Assembly: GCF_018350175.1 (NCBI RefSeq)
Contig: NC_058368.1
Location: 138,882,001-138,946,000, forward strand
Direction: 5' to 3'
DNA: 64,000 nt
DNA from: Felis catus
Taxonomy: Eukaryota
The first letter of the stretch is position 1. Every line of letters starts with the position of its first letter. Position numbers and translations under genes: made by a program. Under the pieces are notes generated by a model. It saw only the letters and a program-made list of their open reading frames with translations, was not told the DNA's origin and did not search any database. Shown in pieces: positions 12,962 through 23,938 of the stretch.

Positions 12962-13163
12962 ATTTTTTAATGTTTATTTTTGACAGACAGAGACAGAGCA
13001 TGAGCAAGGGGAGGGCAGAGAGAGAGGGAGACAGAATCTGAAGCAGGCTCCAGGCTCCGAGCTGTCAGCACAGAGCCCGACAGGGGGCTAGAACCCACAG
13101 ACCGCGAGATCATGACCTGAGCTGAAGTCGGACGCTCAACCGACTGAGCCACCCAGGCGCCCC
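12962..13163 (-). mobile_element. Can-SINE (SINEC_Fc type)
   Basis: Reverse-complement consensus. TSD gttttacttattaa. Confidence 0.92.
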
Positions 13164-13707
13164 TCAGTTTTACTTATTAAACTGTTCATCCATGTTTGGA
13201 AAGCTTTGGGTGGAGCTGGAAGTAGGTGGGAAGCCAACCGCTGTGCCCATGTGACAGCAGCCATTGAGGGCCTAGGAGGAATCTGAACTGAAAGTCCCAA
13301 CCACTGTCCCTGGCCTCCAGAAGACCTCTTCTTCTTGTGACCACCTTGTTAACCAAGATAAGGCCTCGCCTATGGCTTATTATATCTTGGTTATTCAACT
13401 GGTGGGTTCCACATGTGCCTGATGTCTCCCCCAGTGTTGGCATACTTTTTGACTATTTCTGGCTGGGGGACATCCAGGAGGTGCAATTCTAATAATTCAA
13501 TTGTTGCACTCTTTACAACTACAAGATTTTTTGAAGAAGAAACCTTAAAGCTGTGGCACAATCAAGCTTCTTTGGACAATCTATCCATGTAAATCATGCC
13601 TGATGGATCTATCCCCTTTGTCCCTGCATGACCAAAATGGAACCAAATTCATCGTCTTGTTATTCCATTTTGCCGTTTTGTATTTCTTAAAAATATAAAT
13701 GTGGGGG

Positions 13708-13814
13708 TTTTTAAGATTTTATTTTTAAGCTATCTCTGCACCCAATGTGGGACTCTAACTCACCACCCCAAGATCGAGTCGCCCGCTCCACCAAATGAGC
13801 CAGCCCGGCACCCC
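13708..13814 (-). mobile_element. Short Can-SINE
   Basis: aagattttatttttaag...ccccaagatcgagtcg...gagccagcccggcacccc. Confidence 0.8.
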
Positions 13815-14057
13815 GGAAGTCCCCATATTTTGAGTGCCTGTAGGAGCCCTTTTTACCAAAGAGCAGCACCCTCTTGTAGATATTCTCCCGACTCTCGGGT
13901 TCTATGAAAGCCTCGGTAGCTCTCCAGCCTACCATGTAACAATGTAACGGAAAGACCATCTCACTCCAAGAAAAGGCAGCAACATGCGGGGAGTGAATAA
14001 GGAATTTCACCTGGTGACAAGAAACACCACCGGGTTCCAGCACTGCAGCTACCACTT

Positions 14058-14105
14058 TCTCCTCCTCCTCCTCCTCCTCCTCCTCCTCCTCCTCCTCCTC
14101 CTCCA
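14058..14105. repeat. (CTC)n/(GAG)n trinucleotide microsatellite
   Basis: About 15 perfect CTC units. Source of the poly-E, poly-G and poly-L ORFs in the track. Confidence 0.95.
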
Positions 14106-15164
14106 CCTTCCCACTCCCCCTCCTCTTCTCTCCCTCCACCTCTTCCCCATCTGTGTGAAGACAGAGGAGCCAGCTGATCAGACCCCTTCCAGCACAGAGT
14201 TGGAGTAAGTTTTCTCCCCTCAGTGCCTCTGAGTTTTGCACCTCTTTTCCTCCTCAAATTCATCCCTGAGGCTCTGTGGGGCCTGCAGGCAGGCGCATTC
14301 CAATCTTGAATATTTCCTTGTCAGGGAATCCTCATTAGCTGGCTTCTGGAGTCAGTCTTTTCTCCAGCTCTCTCTGGAAAGCAGGAGTCGTGTCTTTGCC
14401 CCACGCGAATTTGCCCTCTCCACCCCTCGCACCGCAAGCCCACTGTTTCTGAAACAATAGATGGAGGAGAAAATAGTTCCGGGATTCGTCTCATAAATCT
14501 TCCCCTGACTTCCCTGGAAATTCTCTACCCTTGAGCGAGTTTGGTGTGGAAGAGCCTTAGAAGATCATTCCTGACTCATTAGCCCATTTCTACAATGCGC
14601 CAGCTGGATCATCTGAAAATTATTCAGCTGCCCAGGAGGGAAGGCTTTTTGCCAAACTATAGGCTAACTCGAAGAAGTTAGTGCAATCCTGTCCGAGGCA
14701 AAGCCAAGAGAAGGCCCTTCAGAGAACCATTTCCTGGCCCTCAGAGCATCAGTGCCCCCCTGGAGTGGATTTTTTCAGAGATTCAGTCCCTGCCTGCAAA
14801 CCTTCCGAAAGAAGGCTTCGGGAAGTTATCCACTGTGCTGCTGCCTTTCTGTGTATCTGGGAAGAAAGAAGTCCTATAGCTTACTATTCCTGATGGGGTG
14901 GGTCCTGGGAAATATTATTACCCTGCCCTTTCAGACCCCCATGAACTCAATCAGGCTGACAACACAAGCCTTTAAATTTCCATGTATGCACTCACCATTT
15001 ATTTTCTGAATAACTTTAGTCTCTTCTACTTTGGCCTCTTCCACGTCTAAGATTCTATCATCACTTTCTCATCCTATTTGTGTCTGTTTTTCTATCCCTT
15101 GTTCATGCTCTACTGGGCATGCCATTTTATCAATAATGACAGATTGATAAATCAATAAGAAATT

Positions 15165-15395
15165 CCACCATTTACTGAACCCTTACCTGTGTCGGGCACT
15201 GTGCTGGGGGCTTACATACATTAGCTCACGTAGGTCTCCACAGCACTGCTAAGTACGTGTGTAATAGCCTATTTACAATGGAGGAAACCGAGGTTTAGGA
15301 AAACGAGCACTGTCAGTCACATCACACAGTTCGAAAGTGGCCGTCAGCATTCGAACCTTGCTCTATCTGGCTCATGAGCACTCTGGCCATAGCCA
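15165..15395. mobile_element. MIR fragment
   Basis: catttactgaacccttacctgtgtcgggcactgtgct...atggaggaaaccgagg...cattcgaacc. Confidence 0.7.
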
Positions 15396-16075
15396 TTGCC
15401 CTAAAACACAGAGAGCCCAGGAAACGTAGAGTTTCTCTGATTACCAGCCACATCCGAGCACCTGCCATAGAGCTGGAGCAAGGTCCACTGTCACCAACTC
15501 TCTGAAGTCTGGTGGTGTAGACCCGGGCGGCCACAACAATTTCTGCAAAAAGGCACAATATAAGAGGAATTTAAGAATTGTCAGAAACCTGGAGGCTCTC
15601 CTAACACAGAGCAGGGTGCTAAATAGGTGCCTGATGAAATGCTTTTGATGATGAAAGAGAATTCCTCAGGCAAGGGAGACAGGAGATCAGTGAAGAGTAT
15701 TAAATGAAGGCCCCCAGGGAACAAAAACAGGGGTGCCATCAAAGACAAAGAGACAAGTCAGACAAACATAAAACCAGCACAAGTATGAATAGAAAAGGTG
15801 AGGCTTTAGAAGTCGGAGCCATGGGAGAAGGTCAGAGAACGTACCTGAAGTCCCTCTGCTGTCGAATCCCGTTCTTCAAATCTCTACATTTCCCTCCACC
15901 TCACTGCTAACGCTTCAGCAACATGGGCCAGTAAAGTGACGAAACCTAATGAGGTTTGAGTTTAGCAAAATCGTTGGTGTGAATGAGGACAGACTTGGTT
16001 TTAACATATGTAGTCTCTCTGTCTTTAGTTTTCTCATCAAATATATCCATTCACCCCAACGTATCGAAAGCCCAG

Positions 16076-16741
16076 GGCAGCACTTGCGCAGGGGACTCGA
16101 AGCTGAGGTGGCCGAGCTGTCAGGAGGGGCCTGAGTGGGCGCTTCGAGAACCCAAGATTGTCCAAAGCCACAGGGGAAATGGTGGAACATTCACCATCAC
16201 CATTGCCAGAAAGAGCGATGTATGGCTTTGCTCTTTTCTTAAGCTCCCAATGTGGCTTCATACTATATCTTCTATGAGCTTTTATTTCTGAATCTTGGCT
16301 AAACTCCTTAGGCTTAACCTACTGGCCTCAAAAGTATTGGGCGTTTGCGTTGTCCGTCTACCTCCTCATTACTATAGTAATCGGTTACGTACTCTTGTTG
16401 GGAATAAACATGATGAGTACCTCTCAGCTCAACTCCACCCATGCCATCACCGATAACTAGGCTAAAAATCAACAGCAGAAGAAATACGAAGAAGAGGCCA
16501 TCCCAACATTAAGAGATATTCCTATTAGTGAAGTAAGCCAAAAATTCTTTCTTGCAGTCAAAGAACTTTGCACCAAAAACGAATTGTATGTAGACTAACA
16601 ACAAGCATTTATTATAAAAGTTTTCGAGGTAATAATTTCGACCATAATGATTTTGAATATCTCTCTTATTAAAACCCGATATCGAAATGTAAAAAAATAA
16701 GTTGAACCTCTCTTAGATTAAGTTCCATGATGATCGTTCAA
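16076..16741 (+). pseudogene. PIGP: Processed pseudogene of PIGP (GPI-GlcNAc transferase subunit P, DSCR5); CDS homology 16179-16580 plus UTR-like flanks
   Basis: Hand translation from ATG 16179 gives [132 protein letters not shown]. This is colinear with the 134-aa mammalian PIGP as I recall it. No introns. Stops TGA 16275-16277 and TAG 16458-16460. Outer boundaries are approximate. Confidence 0.95.
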
Positions 16742-16799
16742 GGCTCAGCTTGTCCCCTTCCGAGGAGCCAACCTGCCCTCTCGCCCATAGGGACTTCTC

Positions 16800-17705
16800 T
16801 CTCCTCTAAAACACTTAACCTTCTGCCCGCCTCACGGAGGGGAGCCCTGTCATCCTCACCTCAGTAAAAAGCAACTCTTACCGCGAACTGCTCAAGCTGA
16901 GACCCCAACATCCTTGGTTTGTCATTTCTTGCCCATGGTTACATCAATCTGTCAGCAAGCCATGCCAACCACAACTTCAAAACATATCCCAGTGTGCACC
17001 CTTCCCCCATCCCGTGCCGTTCCCACCACCAACACTCTCTGGGACTCCTGCTGTGGCCTCGCAGCCAGCCTCCCTGCCTCCACTTGGATGTTCCTCTGCT
17101 ATTTCTCCACACAGCAGCCAGAGTGAGATTTTCAAAATCAATCGGGCCGTATCATTCTTCTGCTCCACCACATCTAAACTTAAATCTAAAACTTCCTACC
17201 TGAGGCTACAAGGCTGTATCTGATCTGGGGCTCCCATACGCCCATGGCAACCTCTCTGACTTATCTGCCTCCTCCTATATATACCCTGCAGGTAAATGGA
17301 CCTTCTTTGTGTTTCTCCAGTCACTAGGCTTGTTCCATTCTTGGGGCACTGAACTTGCTGGTCTCTTCACCTAGACACTTCTGGTCCCAGATCGTCCCAG
17401 GGTTAACTCTTCTGTGATTCAGATCTCACTTTCGCTGTTCCCTCCTCAGAAAATCAACACATTCTCCTTGTCTATACCACCAATCCAAAATAGCTGATGA
17501 AACACTTTCAGATCCATCGCCATTAAATTTCTGTCATAGTACTTATTACTAGGTTGTTCTTGATTGCTGACTTGTTTACATATGCCAACCACATCTTCCA
17601 TACCTGCATAATTAGAATGTAGGCTTCATTATATACCCTATGCCACACTATTTCCCCAGTGCCTAGGAAAGCGCTCTGTGAATATTTACCGGATACATTC
17701 ATGGA
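16800..17705. mobile_element. L2 LINE fragment
   Basis: tgctcaagc, ctcctgctgtggcctc...cctccctgcctccac, tctccacacagcagccagagtga and tccccagtgcctagg are L2 motifs. Confidence 0.7.
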
Positions 17706-19110
17706 GTACGACGTAAGTTTTCCTAACTAGGAAATGGTGCTACTAATACATAAAGGCTAGTGTGTTTCAGAGGAGAAAGAAAGCAGTGTGCAATGGCTGT
17801 GTCACGGGGGCCCCATGGGGGTGAGACAAGCTGAGCCATGCAGTGGGAATAGAAGCTGAGCAGTGAGAGGGAAGAGGTCATGCATATCTGGCCAGGGATA
17901 CGGCACAAGGACAATGTCCTCAATGCGCAGTAAGAAGCAGTAAGGTCTGGACACAAACCTAGGCAGCCCAACTCCAAATACTCCAAGCTCCAACTCCTGG
18001 TAAGCTGAGGAATTCTGTATTCATTCAGACCTGAGATGATGACCTACACAAAAGTGAGGCCGGAATGGAAATTGAGTGGAAATGAAAAGGAGGGAAAACG
18101 AGAGGGATGTTATAGAGAAGAGAGGAAGACGCAGCAAGTTATTTTACTGTAATTAAACAGAGCAGAAGTAAGTTAGAAGTAGCAGAAAGAATCAGAGATG
18201 AATTTGAAAATGAAAAATAAACTTTAAAAACTGGAGAAAATGGTAGTGCTATTGATTGTAAAGAGGGAGATCCAGATTATGTGGGAAGGTGGGTCAGATT
18301 TTAATAGAGTTGAGGCTGAGAAGGAGGCAGGGGCTTCTAATAGAAGTATCTAGGAAGCCACGGGAAATGTGGACTGATGTCTGGTGACATGACAGCCAGA
18401 GAAATGTGTCCCTGAGTCATCTAAACAGGAATCACAGACGATGTTGTGATATATTCCAAGAGAGGGGAAGACTGAAGAGACTGTCCCTATGTCCCTCTGT
18501 TCAGCTGCTGCCTTCCAGTTTCAGGAAGGGGAGACCTGCCCCAAGGTAGAGGTGGAGGTGGATCCCAAGCATCCTCCCAGAAGCACAGAGCAGCATGTTA
18601 GAGCACTAGGGAATTGGAGAGTCTATGACGTGGGAAAATATGATCCAGGTGCTGGTGCCCAAAGCAGGCAGGGCACATGTATCAGGAAGTTGAAAAGGTA
18701 GAAACCATTGGAGACTCATTGAGGAGGGAATGAGAATTTGGTCCAGAAATGGAGACAGATAGAAGAAGGGAGGGAAGCCAAGGGGGATATACATTATTTA
18801 TGGTAAAAGACCCCGGTGGGTAGAGTCCAGTGGCCAAAGGATAAAGTGGCCAAATGTGACCAGAGTGTCCTGTGTTTCAAGGAGGTCAAGAAGAATAAAG
18901 TCTAAGAAAAGGTAATCAGGCTTTCCAATCGGTGAATTTACATTGACTATTTGGGAACAATTTCAGTCAAGTGTTGGGACAGAAACCAGATCACTTGGGT
19001 TTATGGGTAGGAAATAGAAATCCCAGATGCACAGAATTGGCTCAAGAGGAAGAATTGCAATAACTTTTTTTTTTTTTTTTTTTTTTACTCTTCTTTAGTG
19101 GATGAAGTCA

Positions 19111-19147
19111 ATCGCTTCTCGGCCTTTTGGCTAAGATCAAGTGTAGT
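19111..19147 (+). pseudogene. RNU2: 3'-truncated U2 snRNA retropseudogene (U2 nt 1-37)
   Basis: atcgcttctcggccttttggctaagatcaagtgtagt is identical to the U2 5' end as recalled. Flanked by the perfect direct repeat tagtggatgaagtca (19096-19110 and 19144-19158). Confidence 0.95.
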
Positions 19148-19839
19148 GGATGAAGTCATGAGCTCAAAGAGAAGAAATGGAGGTGGAGGGTCAGAGGAAC
19201 AGAGACACGTTGGCATAGGTGCTATGAAGACAGTGTAGACGATAAACTTTCAGGTGTGGTGGTTATTCAAAAAGTGAAAAATGCTGAATGCAGTCATTTG
19301 TTCACTCAGTAAATACTTTCTGGGCATTGTCTTAGGCAAAGAGATAAGGCCATGAATAAGACCGTAGCCCATGCCCTTAAGTAGCTTGCGGTGGTGGGTG
19401 GTCAGGGCAGCCATGATCATGCTCACGATTGCTCTTGTGTAAGACTTCATATTTGGAAAAGTACTTTCACATTCCCTTACTTCATTCAGACCAGACGTGG
19501 TTCCTTTGAGGTCAATGTAGGGAAATTCACTTTGCAAAAAAAGTCAAACTAAGGCTGAGACATTAGAAGGCATGTTAAAGGCTCCAGAGCTAGTTCCTAG
19601 GAATGTAAAAATGACAGCTCTTGTTTCTGGACTTAGAAACGACAAACAGAGGACTGGATGGACAGAAATACCTATTTTGGACATCTCTTTTCTGCACTCT
19701 CTCCTCCCTCGCCTCTTTAAGTCAGATGAAGTCTTCTTATATCTAATTTCTCCATCTGGGCTTAGCTCCAGCTTTGAAATGCAATTCAAGTCTAATACTC
19801 AACATTGGATTTGCATGTGGCCAAAGATAGCAGCCATCG

Positions 19840-20060
19840 TTTTTATTTTTTTTATTAAAGTTTACTTATTTCTTTTGAGAGAGAGAGAGAGAAAGAAATT
19901 GGAGGAGGGGCAGAAAGAGAGGGAGAGAGGGAATCTCAAACAGGATCCACACTGTCAGTGCAGAGCCTGAGGCAGGACTTGAATTCACAGACTGGGAGAA
20001 CATGACCTGAGTCAAAATCAAGAGTCAGATGCTCAGTGGACGGAGCCACTCAGGCACTCC
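19840..20060 (-). mobile_element. Can-SINE
   Basis: Reverse-complement body. agccatc followed by a T run on both sides. Confidence 0.88.
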
Positions 20061-20654
20061 AGTAGCCATCAGTTTTTAGATGAACAATGCGTAGTAGACA
20101 ATTTTAGGTACATTAACTCAAATCCTCAAGAATCCAGCCATCCCTTAGGATTTCCTTGTTCCTTGACCTCTAGTGAACTTGGCTTGAACCTCAATTCCAA
20201 AAACCATGGAAGTTCCAAGCCCTTCCCTCAATTTCCAAGAATTCCCAGAGCATTAGTCTAATCTTTTACCTGGTTTACATCCACATGTGCTATCTCCTCT
20301 TTGATCCCAAACTGAAATCCAGCCCCATTCACGTGTTTCTAGAACCAATCCGGTGAGTTTAATCAAATTTATAGACTTGCTAGGGGGCAAGAAAAGGGCT
20401 TGAGGAAATGTCTAACTGAACAATATAGAGCCCTCCACCATCTCCCTATCTCCGCTCTCTCCTCCTTTCCCTTTTCCTTTTTCCTTATAAGCTAAGTCAA
20501 ATCCTCCTCGTATTGCCTGCAATTGAGTGTATTAATCACATCGGGTGTCTTGAGCTTGCCCTTAGGGGTCTTACCCTCGCCCCAGTATTCCTTCCAGACA
20601 AATACAGTGTTCTCTACAAGAGAAGCTAAGGCAAATAAAATGTCTACATCTGGT

Positions 20655-20815
20655 GACATCTGTAATAACCCTCTGAAACACACGTTATTATTATTTTCAT
20701 TTTGTAGAAGAAGAAACTGATGTACAATAAATCCAAAGCCTCTGCCCACATTTTCGTAGTTGCTAAGTAGTACGTCCAGACTGCAACTGAGATCTGTCTG
20801 ACTTTGAAGTCTATG
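20655..20815. mobile_element. MIR fragment
   Basis: taataaccctctgaa...attattttcattttgtagaagaagaaactga...tctgtctgactttgaagtc. Confidence 0.6.
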
Positions 20816-21139
20816 TGTTTTGCAAGACACCGTGATCTGGAGATTATCTCAGGAGGGTCTAGATGAAGGACCAAATCTTGAAGAAAGGGAAATGGGGAAA
20901 GGCCATTTTCTTCCATATTCAGGAAGAAAGTGTCAAGCAGAAAATCATGCCTGCAGAAGAATTTCCCTGCGCATACTCCAGTGAGAATAATGCCTAGAAC
21001 ACCCAAATCATTATTTGAGTCTGCTACAGATCCGTCTGTAACTTTAAAATCTGACAGAGGAGTTTATCTTGATGTGATGGTTATCCCAAGCACCCGAAGT
21101 ACTTAGACCTTAACATTATCCACTTTAGAAAATTGCAGT

Positions 21140-21598
21140 GTGACAACACAGATGGACCTTGAGGACATTATGCTAAGCGAGATGTCAGATGGAGAATGAC
21201 AAATATCGCATATCACTTATATGTGGAATCTTAAAAAAAAAAAAACCAACTTGTAATAACAGAGTAAAATTATGGTTACCAGGGGGTGGAGGGTGGCGGG
21301 ACAGGACAGATGCTGATCAAGGGTACAAATTGACAATGTGCTAGAGATCTAATGTACAATATAGTGAATGCAGACAACAACGATGTATTGTAATCATCAA
21401 ACTTGCTTAAGAAACTGTCTTAATTATTCGAACCACTAACAAGAGATGATAATTATGTGACCTGAGAGTCGCTTATAATTGCTTCAGTGGCAACCATGCT
21501 GCAATATACAAATGTATCCGATCAGCATGTTGTGCACTTTAAGTTTACACGATGTGATACGTCAAATATATTTCAATTATAGAAAAAAGGAAAGAAAA
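21140..21598 (+). mobile_element. L1 3' end (L1MA-like)
   Basis: gatggaccttgaggacattatgctaagcga, tcacttatatgtggaatct, ggttaccagggg and an A-rich end. Confidence 0.85.
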
Positions 21599-22080
21599 TT
21601 ACCGCGGAGACTAACCCCAAGAAAAATGAAGTCATGACTGAGAAAGCATCATTTAAAAGATCCAGAGGCTGACCATACTGGATTTAACGTGGGGAATGAA
21701 TCACCTTGCCTCAGGACTCTCTTCCTACTGATGCCGTGAATCTAATTGTTTATGAGCATCGGCCTCACCTAACTGATGTGTTTGCAATACGTTGCCTGGC
21801 AGAATAGAGCCCAGAAATTAGGTCTATACAAATAGGGTGAGCTATTGCATCTGACTTCTTGGTTTAACAAAAATTGTAGAAACACATCCTAAGGGGATTC
21901 CCCCTTCTCATCACCCCGTACGCTTTACAAAAGATCTATCATCATCACCACTGTTTAACAGAGTCCGTGCGTGGGCTGGGCACTATCCATCCACCTAAGG
22001 ACGAGGAAAAGCAGGGCTGTTACCTTCACAGAACTTCTAATGTAGTGGGAAAGATTTTGTTTTTAAAAATCACAGAAATA

Positions 22081-22313
22081 GGGGCGCCTGGGTGGCGCAG
22101 TCGGTTAAGCGTCCGACTTCAGCCAGGTCATCAGCCAGGTCACGATCTCGCGGTCCTGGAGTTCGAGCCCCGCGTCAGGCTCTGGGCTGATGGCTCAGAG
22201 CCTGGAGCCTGTTTCCGATTCTGTGTCTCCCTCTCTCTCTGCCCCTCCCCCGTTCATGCTCTGTCTCTCTCTGTCCCAAAAATAAATAAACGTTGAAAAA
22301 AAAAATTTAAAAA
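22081..22313 (+). mobile_element. Young SINEC_Fc with internal 12-bp duplication
   Basis: Near-consensus body with tcagccaggtca twice. TSD aaaatcacagaaata. Confidence 0.95.
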
Positions 22314-22812
22314 AAAATCACAGAAATAAATGTATAATTGCACTAGCAAATTCTAAATACTTTCATTGATTTATTTGATTCTCATAACCCTAAAAAGTAG
22401 GAAGTATTACCTTCATTTTATGGAAGAGTAAATTGGGGTTCAGAGAGATTAAGTGATCAGTGTAAGGTTACATGGAATTGCTATTTGATCTACATCCGTC
22501 CAAGTTCAAAGCTATCCCTCTGCATTCTTGAAACACTAAAAAAAGAAGGACCTCACTTGAGCATTTTGACATTGAATCATGACACATTAGGCCATGTTAC
22601 TCTGGGGTTTTTTTAAGTTTTTATTTTAATTTCCGTTAGCTAACATACAGTGTTATATTAGTTTCACGTGTACAATATAGTGATTCAGCACTTCCATACA
22701 TCAGCCAGTGATCATCACAAGTGCCCTCCTTAGTCCCCATTGCCTGTTTAACCCAACCCCCCTCCCCCCGGTAATGATCAGTTCTCTATAATTAAGAGTC
22801 TATTTCTTGATT

Positions 22813-22953
22813 CCTCTCCCTCCCTCTCCCTCTCCCTCTCCCTCTCCCTCTCCCTCTCCCTCTCCCTCTCCCTCTCCCTCTCCATCTCCCTCTCCCTCTC
22901 CCTCTATCCCTCTTGCTCTCTCCCTCTCTCCCTCTCTCCCTCTCTTTCTCTCT
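22813..22953. repeat. (CTCTCC)n hexamer polypyrimidine tract
   Basis: Seen directly. Gives the poly-(SP) ORF. Confidence 0.9.
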
Positions 22954-22954
22954 C

Positions 22955-23048
22955 TGTTAAGTAATTTCTACACCCAACATGGGTCTTGAACTCATAACCC
23001 CAAGATCAAGAGTTGCATGTTCCAATGACTGATCCAGATAGCCACCCC
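22955..23048 (-). mobile_element. Short Can-SINE inside L1
   Basis: aagtaatttctacacccaacatgggtcttgaactcataaccccaagatcaagagttgcatg... Confidence 0.8.
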
Positions 23049-23115
23049 TGTTTTGTTTCTTAAATTCCACATGTGAGCAGTATACTCTCTAGCTCCATGA
23101 AGAAAATGTGGTACA

Positions 23116-23580
23116 GGGACGCCTGGGTGGCTCAGTCGGTTAAGCGTCTGACTTGGGCTCAGGTCATGATCTCATGGTCTGTGAGTTCGAGCCCAGCGTT
23201 GGGCTCTGTGCTGACAGCTCAGAACCTGAACCTGCTTCGAATTCTGTGTCTCCCTCTCCCTCTGCTCCTCCCCTGCTCATGCTTGCATGCACTCTCTCTC
23301 TCTCTCCTTCAAAAATAAGTAAAAACAGGGGCGCCCGGTGGCTCAGTCGGTTAAGCGTCCGACTTCAGCTCAGGTCATGATCTCACGGTCCGTGAGTTCG
23401 AGCCCCGCGTCGGGCTCTGTGCTGACGGCTCAGAGCCTGGAGCCTGCTTCCGATTCTGTGTGTCTCCCCCTCTCTCTGCCCCTCCCCCATTCATGCTCTG
23501 TCTCTCTCTGTCTCAAAAATAAATAAATGTTAAAAAAAAAATTAAAAAAATAAGTAAAAACATTTAAAAAATTTTTTTCA
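23116..23580 (+). mobile_element. Can-SINE (outer) inserted in the inverted L1 segment
   Basis: TSD aagaaaatgtggtaca at 23100-23115 and 23581-23596. Confidence 0.9.
23328..23545 (+). mobile_element. SINEC_Fc nested in the tail of the previous SINE
   Basis: TSD aaaaataagtaaaaaca at 23311-23327 and 23546-23562. Confidence 0.92.
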
Positions 23581-23828
23581 AAGAAAATGTGGTACATATA
23601 TATACAGTAGAATATTACCCAGCCATGAAAAAGAATGAAATCTTGCCATTTTCAGGCCATGTTACTCTGTTAAAGTGATAATATGAGGCAGGGGGGATGA
23701 TTACCTCTTGAGCATTGTGGAACCTTCCTGGGGACATCCTTACAGTTTCGGCTGTCACACTCCACGAGATTATGGATATGAACAACTCCTTGGATTTTTC
23801 TTATCCTGAGCTCTCAGAGATGATGTTA

Positions 23829-23938
23829 GCACCTGACTGGCTCAGTCAGCAGAGCATGCAACTCTTGATCTTGGGGTTATGGGTTTGAGCCCCACATTGC
23901 GTGCAGAGATTGCTTAAAAATAAAATCTTTTCTTAAAA
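23829..23938 (+). mobile_element. Short Can-SINE
   Basis: gcacctgactggctcagtcagcagagcatgcaactcttgatcttggggtt...aaaaataaaatctt. Confidence 0.8.

Larger units (their letters stand above)
22605..23653 (-). mobile_element. 5'-truncated, 5'-inverted carnivore L1 3' end containing three later SINEs and a (CTCTCC)n tract
   Basis: Antisense L1 3' UTR at 22605-23098. Sense-orientation piece gaagaaaatgtggtaca...aagaatgaaatcttgccattttc. 16-bp TSD aggccatgttactctg at 22589-22604 and 23654-23669. Confidence 0.88.

Noticed and set aside
13711..14241. 176-aa poly-Glu ORF on the minus strand
   Set aside because: Driven by a (GAG)n microsatellite, has a non-ATG start, ends within a SINE and shows no recognisable homology.
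9404..15560. Minus-strand splice-acceptor-like sites (near 15543, 14449, 9659) suggesting a spliced transcript
   Set aside because: Matching donors are weak, no coherent reading frame emerges, and such motifs are common by chance. RNA-seq would be needed.
16320..16741. AT-rich, CpG-containing stretch that first looked foreign (NUMT or viral)
   Set aside because: It translates to PIGP followed by UTR-like sequence, so the retrocopy explains it.
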